Source of the DNA: Eledone cirrhosa
Lineage: Eukaryota
Assembly (NCBI GenBank): GCA_964016885.1
Contig: OZ024743.1
Coordinates: 166,222,001 to 166,286,000, forward strand
Direction of reading: 5' to 3'
Length of the DNA stretch: 64,000 bases
Shown: positions 1 to 12,719 of the stretch, one piece after another
Layout of the letters: every line of letters begins with the position of its first letter
Numbering within the stretch: the stretch's first letter is position 1
Position numbers and translations under genes: made by a program
The notes under the pieces: model-generated
The model's database searches: none
What the model saw: the letters and a program-made list of their open reading frames with translations, nothing else
Told to the model about the DNA's origin: nothing

Positions 1-1205
1 CCAAATACTTTCAGTATCTCGGCAACTATTCCCAATGGACTGGTTGCTTTCTTGGTCTTCATATCCTTAATTTCTTTACTTACTACACTGCTGCTGACTT
101 GTACAGCTGGGCTCTACTTAGGGTAGGATCTCTTTCTCCCATGCATTTTCCTCATTTAGTAATCTTTCATAATGTCTCTTCCATGCAGCTTTCTTTTCAG
201 CGCCTGAAGCAAGTGCATGTTTATCATCCCAGACACACTTCTCACCAATGATAATTTTCCCTAACACACTACCTCGCAATCCTGAACACCTCAAGTTGTT
301 GGTCATCACGCTGCAAAACATGCTTGAATTTTTTATCCTGTTTCCTTTTTTGCTAGGTATACTTGTCATCTAGCTTCCCTTCTGGCCACTATGTAGTGTA
401 CCCTGCTTACCCCGTACTTCCATTTTTTCATGCCTGTCTCTTGGCCTTAATTGTCACATCAACCTTATTGTTCCACCACCAAGTCACTCTCCTAAATCCA
501 CAGATCTCATCTGTCACCTTAAATAGATTATGCTTCAGGAACTCCCAGTGCTCTTCTATATTAAATGTTTCTATCTGTTCTTCTTTACTATTATAAGCAT
601 CAAGAAAAATATCTCTAAATCTGTTACTGGCTGAGGGGCTCTTTCAGCTTCCATATCTTTCTCCTCCAGGTTGCCCTCTGTCTCCCGGTTCGTCTGACAA
701 TGAGGTCGCTAATTGCCAGGTTATGTTGGGGGGTGTATTCCTCACCAGGGAAGAATTTCATGTTTACTATTGACACTCTATCTCGTCCTCTAGTAAGGAT
801 AAAATCTATCTGGCTAACATGTTCACCAGATCTATAGGTAATCAGGTGGTTGTCAGGTTTTTTTAAGTTGGTGTTATATATCGATAGGTCATTGGATTCA
901 CAGAATTCTAGGAGCCTGAAACCTTCTTAATTTCTTGCGCCAAACCCATAGCCTATTTGGACGTTGTACAAGCCGTGACAGTGTTTTCGAACATGTCCAT
1001 TAAAGTCCCCCACGTTGATTAGGAATCACAGTCATCCATTAATGCAGTAGTGAGCATTATGGATTCGTAAAACCTATCTTTGAGTTCGTCTGTCAACCCA
1101 GATTTGGGGTGTATATACAGATATACTTGTGGTCATTGTTCTATTTAGGACTAATCTGAGTTTAATGATTCTCGCATTCACTCTATTTACGGAGATTACC
1201 TTATC
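1..1205 (-). mobile_element. Degenerate RTE-clade LINE (family A), APE endonuclease region
   Basis: Peptides RIIKLRLVL...ISVYTPQ and AWKRHYERLLNEENAWEK; homologous to 18519-21420. Confidence 0.85.
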
Positions 1206-2540
1206 TATATATCTATACATATTATTGTATATAAGGGATGTTTCTGTTTGTGCGTTTTGCTCTGATTTTCCCAATGTCTAACTCTCATCATGAATGCTGA
1301 GATTTTGATTTATATATATAATTGCAATAAGCCAACACAGGCTTGACAGTATATACTTGTATATCACTACCTGCAACACCTCTTTTATTTCTCCTTTCTT
1401 TCATTCTATTCCTTTTCCTATGTCAGCCTGATGCTCTGCCTACCCAGAATGCTTTGACCACACAAACTTACTGTTCACTTCACTTAATATTTCTATTCAC
1501 TGTAATTTTTTCATCTCAGTTCAAAGATTACTGTCCAAACTTTATTTATTTATTTATTTCTATTTTTCTCTCATATTCCTCCTAGCTATTTAGTTGCACA
1601 ATTGTTTTATCTTGTTATTATTGCATTGTTTTCAATTTGGAGCATCTTGCAGCTCATACATCACCATTCTGCACCATTTCCCTTGTTAACTTGGTCAAAA
1701 GAGTCATCATGTTATTGTTTTATTGCATGTTGCTGTCCCATCTTGTGCTGCAATACCTGGTGCAATGGGGTGAACGATCCTGTCCTTAATGCACCCCAGT
1801 GGATAGTTGATGATAAAGCGAGGTTTCTGCCAGTCCATTTTGCTCCAATTTCTAGTGTCTGTTTCCATCACGTGTGCTCAGATACACACACATACTATTT
1901 TCTCATTATTCAGAACTGATCAAAGCTATCTAACAGCAACAAATCAAACACATGGTTTTAGTTAATAAAATAGAGAAAAGAGACAAATCTTTGAAAGAAT
2001 GCAGCTACAAATTTGAACATTTGAAGTGCAATCCAACTATTTTCCTAAATTATCATCATCCTCATCCCCATCACCACCATTGTTTTATGTGTTTTTATTT
2101 TTATGTGTTTTTATTTTTCATGCTTACATCAGTTGGACAGATTGTCACATTCTGAAGCCAGACAGGTCAGATGACATCTTGCTAAAACATTCCATTTTAG
2201 CACGGTTTCTACAGTTGAATATCCTTGCTAACATCCACCACTTCCCAGCATGTACCTAGTACATTTTATCTTGACACCAGCATTACCACTTTACAGAATG
2301 GATTGCGTGCTTCTTATTATAGCACCAGCACTAGGATTGGGTGCTTCCTTTCATGACACCAGCACTAACACCTTACAGCATGTACTGGGTGTTTGGTTTT
2401 TTTTTTTTATCATGGCACCAGCAATACCACTTTATAGTGTGGATTGGTTGTGTTTTATCATGGCATCAACACATGGATGTAAAATAGAAGAACATATATA
2501 AATAGCAAAAACTGGAACAAAACGAAACAAATTAACTTAC

Positions 2541-2637
2541 TTTGGTGATAAAAGAAACTCATTCATGGCTCTCACAGGTAAGATGAAAACATTCCCTTCA
2601 TAACTATAATCTATAGATTTCTTTTTTGCCGGAGAAA
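2541..2637 (-). CDS. SLC30A9: SLC30A9/ZnT9 coding exon 3, (V)SPAKKKSIDYSYEGNVFILPVRAMNEFLLSP; gene continues beyond the left edge
   Basis: Acceptor ttctattttatag, donor aa|gtaagt. The 97-nt exon is phase 1 to phase 2 and joins in frame to exon 7638-7820. NVFILPVRAMNEFLL resembles the ZnT9 N-terminal motif NNFITGVRAINEFCL (recalled). Confidence 0.85.
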
Positions 2638-2724
2638 CTATAAAATAGAAAAACAAAACTTTAGAAAACAGAAGAGTAATCGTCAAGGCTTTATTTCTCT
2701 CTCTTTCACATTTTATGTTGTATT

Positions 2725-2965
2725 TAACCCTTTTAATACCAAAACTACATGAAACCATCCGTTTCTATGATACATAACTCATTGTTCTAAAGTGTTTATT
2801 TATTTGAAAAACTGCCATCATAATTTTATGTAAGTACCTTTAAGCTATGTTTAAAAAACCAGCTTAATAATGAAAAAGTTAGTTGTATTAATAAATCCTA
2901 CCAACTTCTTAATTATTTTTAAAATGTCTTTTATTAGAAATATGATAATGAAATAGTTAGTTAAC
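2725..2965. mobile_element. piggyBac-like MITE; many fragments, e.g. 3234, 9110, 15548, 21855, 23230, 32170, 40935
   Basis: TTAA-CCCTTT(T)RATAC ends and a shared internal AT-rich sequence. Confidence 0.55.
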
Positions 2966-4104
2966 CTTATCTTTATTTTCAAGGTACAAAGTATTTAAAA
3001 ACACTTCACTTCCTGAATAAGATGGCTGCTGATATCTTACAGGTTTTTCTCATAAGAAGATGAGGGCTCAGCTCTACATGCTAATAAAACAATTCTTAAT
3101 AAACTGACCCTTATGGTCCCTATTTTCAATTAGGCAATGTGTAACATGGAAAATAAAGTCTCTTTGCTTTAATGACAAAAAAAGTTCCAATGAAAAGATA
3201 CAAATTTGTTATTCTGACTGTGAATCTCAAACTTTAACCTTTTTTTAATACCGAAGTGCCATTGGTTTATGATACAAAACTGTTTATTATATTTAAAATG
3301 TGAACATTTATCTAAAAGCTTTCTATCATAATTCTATGTTCCAAACACCAGATAAATAATAAGGAAAGTGGTAGAGCTAGTATCATTATAAAAAAGCACC
3401 CAATACACAATGTAAAGTGTTTGGCATTAGGAAGGACACACAGCCATAACAGTTACATCAAAATGAAACATTCAAATGAGGCACGGTTCTTCAATCCATC
3501 TGGTCTCAAACCATGACAACTCATCCAACCTATGCCAGTACGGAAAGTGGACGTAAAATGATAATGATCATGTAAGCAGGATGTGGCCCCCAGCTCATTT
3601 GAGAGGTCAGTAGCTTGGATTAAGTACTGACTTGGTTTGCAAGGACCCCTCAAAACTATGCCAGCATAGAAAATATATGTTAAATAAATTGTCATCATCG
3701 GCATAGACATCAAACGATGATGATTTATTCAACATGTTTTCTATACTGGTATAGTTTGGAAGGGTACTTGCAAACCGAACCAGTACCTAATCAGAGCTAC
3801 TGTCTTCTCAAAAACTGGGGGCCACAACTTGCTTACATGTCCCAGTTTTGGCACAGTTTACACAGTTGTCTGCTCTTTCTGTCATTACTTGGGTACAGGG
3901 TGCATTTTATTGCGATATTGGTACAAGGGAGGTTGTCATGTCTTTGACACAACAGAAGACTCCTCCTAACCTTTTAGCATGGTTTCTACAGCTGGATGCC
4001 TTTCCTAATACCAACGATTTTATTGAATTACTGGATGCATTTTATTGTGGCACCAGTAGGAGGTTGTTATATCCTTGACACAACAGAAGAGTCCTCTCAA
4101 CCTT

Positions 4105-5860
4105 TTTCTTCACCCACTTATTCCTGAAATAGTCGTGGGGGCAAAGTCCTCAAATACTCCTTTCAGCGGGTCCCATCAGAAGCAACATCTTCAAATGATC
4201 TGACTGGGTCCCCAAATGAGACCAGCCAACCATCTTGCTCGGGGTCTACCTCTGGGTCTCTTGCCAGTTGGTTTTGCCTGTAAAACCCACCCAGCAATTT
4301 TTTACTGAGACATTCTAACCACATGTCCATAGTATCAGAGCTGTGATCTCTCAATTCGAAGAAGTAATGGCTCTACCTGGAGTGATTCTCTGATCTCCGA
4401 GCTACATACTTTATCAAGTAACGTTACTCCAAAGACCCTTCGGAGGAATCCCATTTCAGCAGCTTGTATTCGCGATCATATTCTGTCCGTCATTACCCAA
4501 GATTCATGACCATAGGTAATGATTGGCACAAATATCGAATTTAAGATAGTCAGTTTGGCTTTTACATCTACCTCCCTTCTTCTAATTACTGAGTGCTGAA
4601 GCTGGCACATTACTGCACCAGCTTTTACAATTCTTGCACTTAATTCAGCCTCCTGCCTTCCATCACTTGTGAACACAGCCCCGAGATACTTGAACTTCTC
4701 TACCTGCTTCAGTGGAACTTCATTTGTATGTAGAGTTCACTGTGCAGGCTTCCTTGAGAAGATAAGTGTCTCAGTTTTCGCAGCACTGATTTTCATTCCA
4801 GCCATGCAGCACCCAGCATCAAACCTATCAAGTGTAAGTTGAAGATCACCTTCTGTCAAGTTATGTAAAACCATATCATCTGCAAATTCCAGCTGACTAA
4901 TTTTACACCAACCAATCATGATACTACTTCCAACTCGGCTGCGCATGTCAATCCTGTAAATAATGAACAGGAGAGGTGACAGTATGCACCCTTGATATTG
5001 TCTGACTTCCACATTGAATGGTTTTGATTTAGCACCATTTATCTGAACACAAATACTCGGGCATTCGTATAGACATCAGGGCAGCAAGAAGCTGACCATC
5101 AATCCCATACTCTTACACAGTCTGCCACAGCAGGTCCAAAGGAATGCAGTCATACGCCTTTTCAAGGTTGACAAAACAAGAATATACTTCTTGGCAATAC
5201 TCCCATGAATTCCCGAAAACCTGCCGTAGTGTGAATATTTGGTCAGCTGTGCTGCATCCGAGGTGAAAACCTCACTATTCATCGACAATCTTCCTGCATC
5301 TCATAGAATAGACTTTACCGGGGAGACTTAACAAGGAGATCTCTCTGTAATTGGAACAATCTATGCCTTCTCTATTTAAGACTTTTAACATGTTGGGCCA
5401 GATTTCATCTTCCCCAGCAGCCTTGCCACATTTAAGCTCTTTAACTGTTCTTATGACCTCAGACTCAGAGATTAGTCACTGCTCCCACATGCACATCATG
5501 TACATCTGAAGATGCTGTTGTGATCAGGTTTAGGAGATCAGCAAAGTTTTCTCTCCACCTCGCAAGGATGCACCTCTCTGAAGATAGGAGAACCAATTAC
5601 AGAGAGATCTCCTTGTTAAGTCTCCCCGGTAAAGTGTGGATTAGGACTTCTTATTATGACGTCAGCGGATGGTCTACCAGAACACTTTATTTGTTGATCT
5701 TTAGTCGGATTCCATCTTAACCCCAAAGTCCTCTACCATGTCTTAACTTTGAACACCTTTACGGTCTCTGCTGTGATTCTTCGTGCCTGCTTGTACCCCA
5801 AGTGCTTGTACCTCTTCTTTGCTTGGCATCTTTGACCTCTTGATTGAACCAAGGGGTCCT
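4105..5860 (-). mobile_element. Degenerate RTE-clade LINE (family B), RT to 3' end
   Basis: QGCILSPLLFIIY, LEFADD and TYGHESW motifs; homologous to 37000-38575. Confidence 0.85.
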
Positions 5861-6539
5861 CCTGCAATCTTTTCAAAGGTCCATCATAGCAATTAGTACT
5901 AGAGTAGTTGAACAAAGTCAAGTAGCTAGATGCCTTCATTTTACCTATGTATCATCATTATCATTTAACAAATACTTTCCACTCAGGCATGGATTGGACA
6001 GGTTGACATGACCCAAAATTTGATGGGTTGAAGAAACTTCATATCTAGCTCATATTTGGCAAAATTTCTACCGTTGGATGCCCTTCATAATAATGCCAAA
6101 CACTTTACAGTGTGTACAGGGTGCTTCTTATCATGACAACAATACTAACACATTACAAAGTATACTGAGAGAATTTTATTAGGGTACCAGCACGTTAGAG
6201 TGTACCGGGTGTATTTTATCGTGGTACAAGCACTACCTCTTTACAGAGTGTACTGGGTGTTTCTTTATCATGACACCAGCACTACTACCTTATTGAGTGT
6301 ATTAGGAACATTAGAGAGGTTTTCATGAACTCAGTAAGACTGAAGAATCCTCTGTACACTGAAGAGTCCTGTATAAGGCAACAAACTTACTCTTCCCGCT
6401 GTCAATTACTGATATTCTATCAAATCCCACCAGGAATTGACATCATAACAAAGTGTAAAATTTCAGAAAGTCATAATATAACCAAAAAGAAGAGAGGAGA
6501 ATGAAACAGAGGAAATAGAGAGGGGAAAAATATCATTAT

Positions 6540-7430
6540 CATCACAAGTTTACGCCTGCTTTTCCATGGTTGCATGAATTGGATGGATCCTTTCCTGCAC
6601 AATCTCCACCACTTGTAATGTTCCTTGGTCATTTCCACTGCAAGATTCAGCATATTGAGAACAGCTCTAACCCCCTCTGTCCAGGTTTTTCAGTCTTCCT
6701 CTACTTGCAGCATCCTTCCACTGGCATCTGGTACTTCTTCACTCAGCATTCATCATCCATATACATTACGTCACAGTCTTCTCTTACATACTACATCCAA
6801 TTCTTCTGATTCTTTTTATATCCAGCTTTTTTCTCAGTTCATGTATGCTCTGTCATTCATTCACACTAACATTACACCTCTATCAGAGCATGCTCGTTTC
6901 TTTGCTAATTAGCAGGTGACTAGTTTGACTCCTACTTCTCCAGATGATTTCAACATCTCAGCAACAGTCTCTGACAGTCCAGCAGCATTATTATTTTTCA
7001 TTTCACTGATTGCTTCTTTGACTATAACTGTCTATGTTATAACTAGCCCCTATGTTGAGTCTACTGGGGGTAGTCTCTCTCTCCATTTCACTCATTCTTC
7101 ACATTTATTAACCGCTCATAGTAATATTTCCAGGCGTCCTTCTTCTGAAGCATCAGTGAGACTAAGTGTGCCTATGTCATTTGAAACACACTTCTCCCAA
7201 ATGGCATCTCGATTCAAACTGACATATTACTTAGCAATGTGAAACACTTCAAACCATTGATCTTCATGTCGCAGCACATTAGCAAACCACTTGCTTTCTG
7301 CTTCTCTACATGTTATGTAAACCTATTATCTAGCTTCTCTTTTAGCTACTTGGTATTGCTCTTTGCTACCCTATTTTTCCAGTCTTTCCATGCCTGTCTC
7401 TTAGCTGTAATGGCTCCATCTACAGTATAA
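6540..7430 (-). mobile_element. Old RTE LINE remnant with deletions
   Basis: AITAKRQAWKDWK peptide and an RTE-type 3' tail (catggaaaag...gatgat). Confidence 0.65.
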
Positions 7431-7637
7431 TATAGGGAAAAATAAAGAGTGGGGATAGATAGTGGGACCAATGAACAGAGAGTAGAACAGATATACAAAG
7501 AGTGTGACCAAAGGAGAGAGAATGAGACAGATAGAGACACAGAGATTGACTAGTCCCGAGTACATTTTAACTGAAGCAACACAGAGAGAGAATCAACAAA
7601 GACCTAAGTACTTTGAACTTCATAACCTTAACATTAC

Positions 7638-7820
7638 CTTTCAATAGTCTTGCAGATTTAGAAGCTGGAGTTGTGGAAACATTGTCTGTTGCTTTTTTCT
7701 TGGAAGTAGTAGTACCTTCATCAGGTGCAGATGAAAGACATCGGTAAAGCATTAACTGTCTACCAGCACTGACAATTAAGCTAGACTGTAGCTGGAAAAC
7801 TGTATCATGTTTTCTACAGT
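7638..7820 (-). CDS. SLC30A9: SLC30A9 coding exon 2, (D)CRKHDTVFQLQSSLIVSAGRQLMLYRCLSSAPDEG...KSARLLK
   Basis: Acceptor ttattcttctccag, donor aag|gtaatg. The 183-nt exon has a single open frame, phase 1/1, compatible with both neighbours. YRCLSS resembles a mitochondrial presequence cleavage site. Confidence 0.8.
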
Positions 7821-8019
7821 CTGGAGAAGAATAAAAAATATATTAACATCAAAAATGCTGAAAAAAGTAAATGCAAAACAAAAAGTGATATCCTACATCA
7901 TAAAGCAAAATAAGTTGATTTATATTTTTCGTCTTTATCATGATTTATGGGAGCAAGTGATGGGTGATGAATCTTGAGCAGCAAAGAGGACTGGAAAGAA
8001 TAGAAATCAGAATGTTTCC

Positions 8020-8330
8020 ATGGATGAGTTGAGTATTGCTCAAAATGAGACAAACAATGGACTGGATGGGAATAGAACAAGTGATGAATGTTGTGAACAG
8101 AAATGGAATGAGATGGTTGAGGCATGTGCTGAGGAAGGATGCAAGTGACTATGTGAGAGAAGTGATGGAAATGAATGTGGAAGGAAGTAGAGGAAACGGA
8201 AGACCAAGAAAGACATGGTTAAAAACAATGAGGGAAAGAAATGAAAGCCAGGAGGTTATTGAGGGGAACAAGATGCTGATAAGGAAAAGTAGAGAAGCTT
8301 GTCATGGGTTCCGAATGGTTAACCCCTGCT
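8020..8330 (+). mobile_element. RTE LINE 3' fragment
   Basis: MRWLRHVLRK...VEGSRGNGRPRKTW motif. Confidence 0.75.
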
Positions 8331-10158
8331 TTTGTATAGAGTGCATTTTATTGTGGCACCAGCACTAACACTTTATAGAGTAATGGGAGTATCTTATTGA
8401 TACACCAACCACAACCACTTCACAAAAATCACTGGGTGCATTTTATTGTGGCACCAATACTACCACTTTTCAGAGTGTACTGGATGTATTTTATCATGGC
8501 TCCAAAACTACAGAAGTTAGCAAGTCCCCAACAGAAACAAAAGGCCCTCTCTACCCTTCGTTGTCTCAGTCTAATCATCACCATTTTAGAGAGGATTTCG
8601 TCACAACACCAATACTAGATAGGTTGGCTCGACCACTGCAGGCTAAACAGACCTCTTCACTCCAGGTATTCTCTGATCTCTCATTATATTTACTTACTAA
8701 TTTCATCTGAAGTAACTGGGGGGTTAAAATCTCTTACAGCTGTAAGCCTAGCAAGGATTAGTGGACCAGGTCTTGTGTGTACTCAAATCACCCTAGTTCT
8801 ACTTCCTTGTTGAACTTCTAGCCTCGCTAAATAGCATGGCTCACGTCACCATCAGGCTAGATAACATGTTTGTTGTAGTTGGACCTCCATAGGTTTCAAC
8901 GATGGGTGTTCCAGTTGTTTGATTAACCAAAATGCCTGTTTGTATAACAAACATACAAGTGGCTGAGCACTTTACAGACATGTGAACCCTTAAAGTAAAT
9001 CTCAGGAAAATTCAGCATGACTGTGTGAATTACAGATACAAGCTGAGTGAACTGAAGCAATATGAAATAAGTATCTTGTTCAAGGATAAAACATAATTTC
9101 ATACAAGAACCATATGTTAAGTTACTATCTTAGTAATGAAATAATTAATTTTAGTAAATCATTCAAATTTCTTTATTGATTAATTGAAATAGAACATATT
9201 TCATTAGAAATATGGTTATGGAAAGGTTAACGTAACTGTCAATTAAGTTGATAAGAAGGAGAGAAAAGAGAGAGAAAAAAGGAGAAAGAGAGACTGCAAG
9301 ATTAGAACCTCTGGTCTAACTGAAGAGCCTTGATTAGTTGTTTTATAGTTTAATGAGGAGTCCTCAGTTGTGTTAAATCTTGCTAGTGCTGGTGACATGA
9401 TCAAACACACCCAGTACAGTGTAAAGTGGCTAATGACAGGAAGGGCATCCATCTATAGAAAACGTGCCAAACTAACAGTCAAGAAAACTCTTCAGATGTG
9501 TCAAAGACCTGGCAGCCTTTCAATTAAGGACTGACTTGGTCAGTGATGACCCATCCAACCTTTGCTAGCAGGGAAAATGGATGTTAAATGATAATGATTT
9601 TAGTTTTAAGTCCTTCTGAGCTGTTCAGGACATCAAACGGCAAAGTTCCTCCACTGCTGCTTAGACACTGGTGTTTACATATCTTCCCAGTTGATGTTTA
9701 TTTTCTGTAGGTCCTCTTGAAATGTTCAGCACCAGGTCTCCCATTTATCATCTGTCAGGGTCCAATAAATTGCAAATATTGCATGACTGGTGTTTAGGAG
9801 CCATACTCAGCTAATTAAAACTTGGAAATTACATCCTGCTGTTATATATTGCAATAGTTGGGAGTTGGATCGTAGGAAGATTTCTTCATACCTTATGCGG
9901 TTGCTGTTGTATAATGCCATTCCTAATACAATGGTGTTGTTCTACAGGTGTATCTCATCGTAGTGCTGATTGCTGCTGTTTCATAGATCAGATCATTCTT
10001 TAATTGACTTCTTTCAATCATTAGACTGTAGCTATGCTAAGGCACCGCCTAATCAAAATTAATACACGACAAGAGCAAGATACAAAAACAAAATAATTTA
10101 GAACAGAATACAACAATTATTATAGAGAAATCAATATTACTATTATTGCGTTTCTTAC

Positions 10159-10288
10159 CTTTGTGAAGTCCTTGACAAATAAAACGAATAAATAAAGCTT
10201 TAGGGGGTCCGGGTCCTGACAGGCCATGCTTTAAACACTGCAAAGTTTTGTAACAAAATATATTGGTTCTGAAGTGCTGAAGTATCAT
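10159..10288 (-). CDS. SLC30A9: SLC30A9 first coding exon, MILQHFRTNIFCYKTLQCLKHGLSGPGPPKALFIRFICQGLHK (exon ~10159-10360 including 5'UTR)
   Basis: ATG at 10288 after an in-frame stop, donor aag|gtaaga (phase 1), acceptor ttttcaattgttttattag at 10361-10362. The basic peptide lacks acidic residues, typical of a mitochondrial transit peptide. Confidence 0.72.
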
Positions 10289-10599
10289 GTTCACAGTTAA
10301 TTAAGCAATTGATGGATCATGTTGTCATTAAATGAAGCACTTGAAGAATCATGGTCTCAGCTAATAAAACAATTGAAAAAAAATTACTCATTGAAAAAGT
10401 AAAAACTATATACAACAATATACATACAACTTAAACACAGGTTGTGTACTTATCAAATGGCCCTTATTTTGGGCACTATGATGCAATTAGCTATAGAATG
10501 TGCAGTACTAGCTTCAAAGAACTACCACAAGATTTTATAACCAGCAACAGAAAAATGAGTTTCTCATTACAAACCATGATTATATGATAAACTTGGTAC

Positions 10600-10800
10600 A
10601 GGCATGGCTGTATGGTTAAGGAGTTTGCTTCACAATCATGTTGTTCTGGGCTTAGTCATGCTGTGCAGCACCTTGGGCAGATGTCTTCTATAATAGTCTC
10701 TGATTCACCAATGACTTGTGAGTGGAACTTGGTAAATGGAAACTGCAGAAACTTGTTGTGTGTATACAGGTGGGTATGTGCATGCATGTGTATCATCATG
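10600..10800 (+). mobile_element. tRNA-derived SINE of a second family (OR-like); others at ~53360-53625 (-) and ~54985-55270 (+)
   Basis: GGCATGGCTGTATGGTTAAG A box and shared core (tgtgagtgga...ggaaactg). Confidence 0.6.
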
Positions 10801-11899
10801 AATATGTTATGTCTGCTTTCTATGGTGGCATGGGTTGGACAGATTGTCATGGTCAGAGACCAGACAATTCTGAGCAACCTCATCTTGTTCACACATTCCA
10901 TATTTGGTATGGTTTTTAAGTGTGGACACCTTCCTAATGCTAACCACCTTACAAGGTATACTGGGTGTACTTTTTTATATGGCACCAGCACTACCTCTTT
11001 ACAGAGTGTGCTGGATGCAATTTTGTGCATGCCTGTATGTGTGAGTGCCTGTCTTTGTGTCTATGTTCTGTAACTTAGTAGTTCAACAAAATAGAGATCA
11101 ATAAAAGAAATAGCAGATTTGATTTTTTTTTAAAGTACTAGGGTTGATATTAAATTAAATTGTAACATCCTGTACTGCATTAAACCACATTATCAAGACA
11201 TTCTTGAAAATTACAACACAGCACTGTGACTACATCACATAGAAAAATTAACGTTTTTAGTTTGCTGTAATTTTTCACAACAATCTGTCCACTCATAAAG
11301 ATACTATAATAATTTAAATTATCAAACCAGTTTTTTAATATTTTTAGCTAAATCATTGCAGGACCTTAGCAGTTAGACAGTGCCCTAACATGAAATACAT
11401 AAATAAGCTGAAGTTAATAGTCTAATAGACAGAGACTGCATACTTACTCTAGTAATAAACTAGCACATAAAACTTACAGAAAGCTAATTATGAAAATACA
11501 CATAGATACAATTGAGAGAATGTGAGGGACAGAAGCATGCTGCTACTAAATTTAGAGGGAAAATAAACAAAAAGTAAGGTAATATGCAACACATATAGTT
11601 AGGAAGCAAATAGGTAGAGCATCAGAAAAACATCTCTCTTTCTCTCTCGCTTTATATACTAGACAAATCCAGTTAATTCTCCTTTGAAGAATGCTTTCTG
11701 TATCTGGCGATAGATAGATACATAGGGATAGAAAAAATAATTCATAGATAGGTACAAATCAATGTGTGTGTGTATTGTAAAAGCTAGTGTTTTATTTCAC
11801 TATCATTTCTAGCAAAATGAGTTACCACAACATTGATAGATAGATAGGAATAAAACAGATGTAGCGTGGCACTACCCTACTTCTCTCACCAAACACTGA

Positions 11900-12560
11900 A
11901 ATACCAAGCCATCAACATTTAATAGATCAAGGAAAACACATGCCCCTAGAGATAACATATGCTATCTAAAATTGCCACATTTCAATGAGAATACGACAGC
12001 TGCAATCAGACAAGCCATCCATAGAGAGGAACTGAATATATGGCTGGCTCATTTGGGACCCTCGTTTTGAGAAGAGTGCTCCACAGACACCAACCCACAT
12101 ACAATGATATGTACACACTTCCTAACTGTGCCATCAACAATGCAGAAGTGTGCATAAAAGAGTATGCAGTCTATAAGGTCACATGTAAAAAATGTAGCTC
12201 CTTGTACATCGGAAGTACCATCCAGATGCTGCACATACAGATCAAGGAGCACATGACGGTGATAGCTTCTTCTGTTAAAAAAACATCTTGACAATCACCA
12301 TAGAGACAATGGAAAGGAATATAGGCAATTTAAGAATCAAAGAGGCCATTATCATCAAACGGAAAAAAAAACCAGATAAATAATAGATTGGAAATGCATG
12401 AAGCAGAATGGTAGCTATAGCAACTTCATGCATGCATATTTCAGACACATAGGCCAGTTAAGGAAGAACACACCAATTGTTTGTTTTGTTTTGAACTGTT
12501 TCAGCTCCACATTTGAAAATTGGGTAATAACCCTGAAATATCATATTGAAATATACTGAG
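11900..12560 (+). mobile_element. Penelope-like element fragment with GIY-YIG endonuclease
   Basis: AVYKVTCKKCSSLYIGST...IKEH, preceded by YLKLPH. Confidence 0.8.
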
Positions 12561-12719
12561 TAAAAAATTACTTTGTCTTAATTTATTTGTCATCATTTGT
12601 CCTTTGTATTTTTCTACTGTATTGTACTTGCTTTTTGAAATTTATTGGTCTTTAATTTCATACCTCACAAAGCTTCATATATCAGCTCCTCATCATATCA
12701 GATATGGAAACCCAAGACC

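Noticed and set aside
1910-1929. Possible terminal exon DSFDQF* joining exon 7638-7820
   Set aside because: The ZnT9-like exon at 2541-2637 fits the same phase and shows that the gene continues; the phase does not fit after that exon.
12495-12560. Possible hammerhead at the end of the first Penelope fragment (TTGAAAA..GGGT/ACCC..GAAA)
   Set aside because: Stem I cannot be formed adjacent to the core; too degenerate to call.
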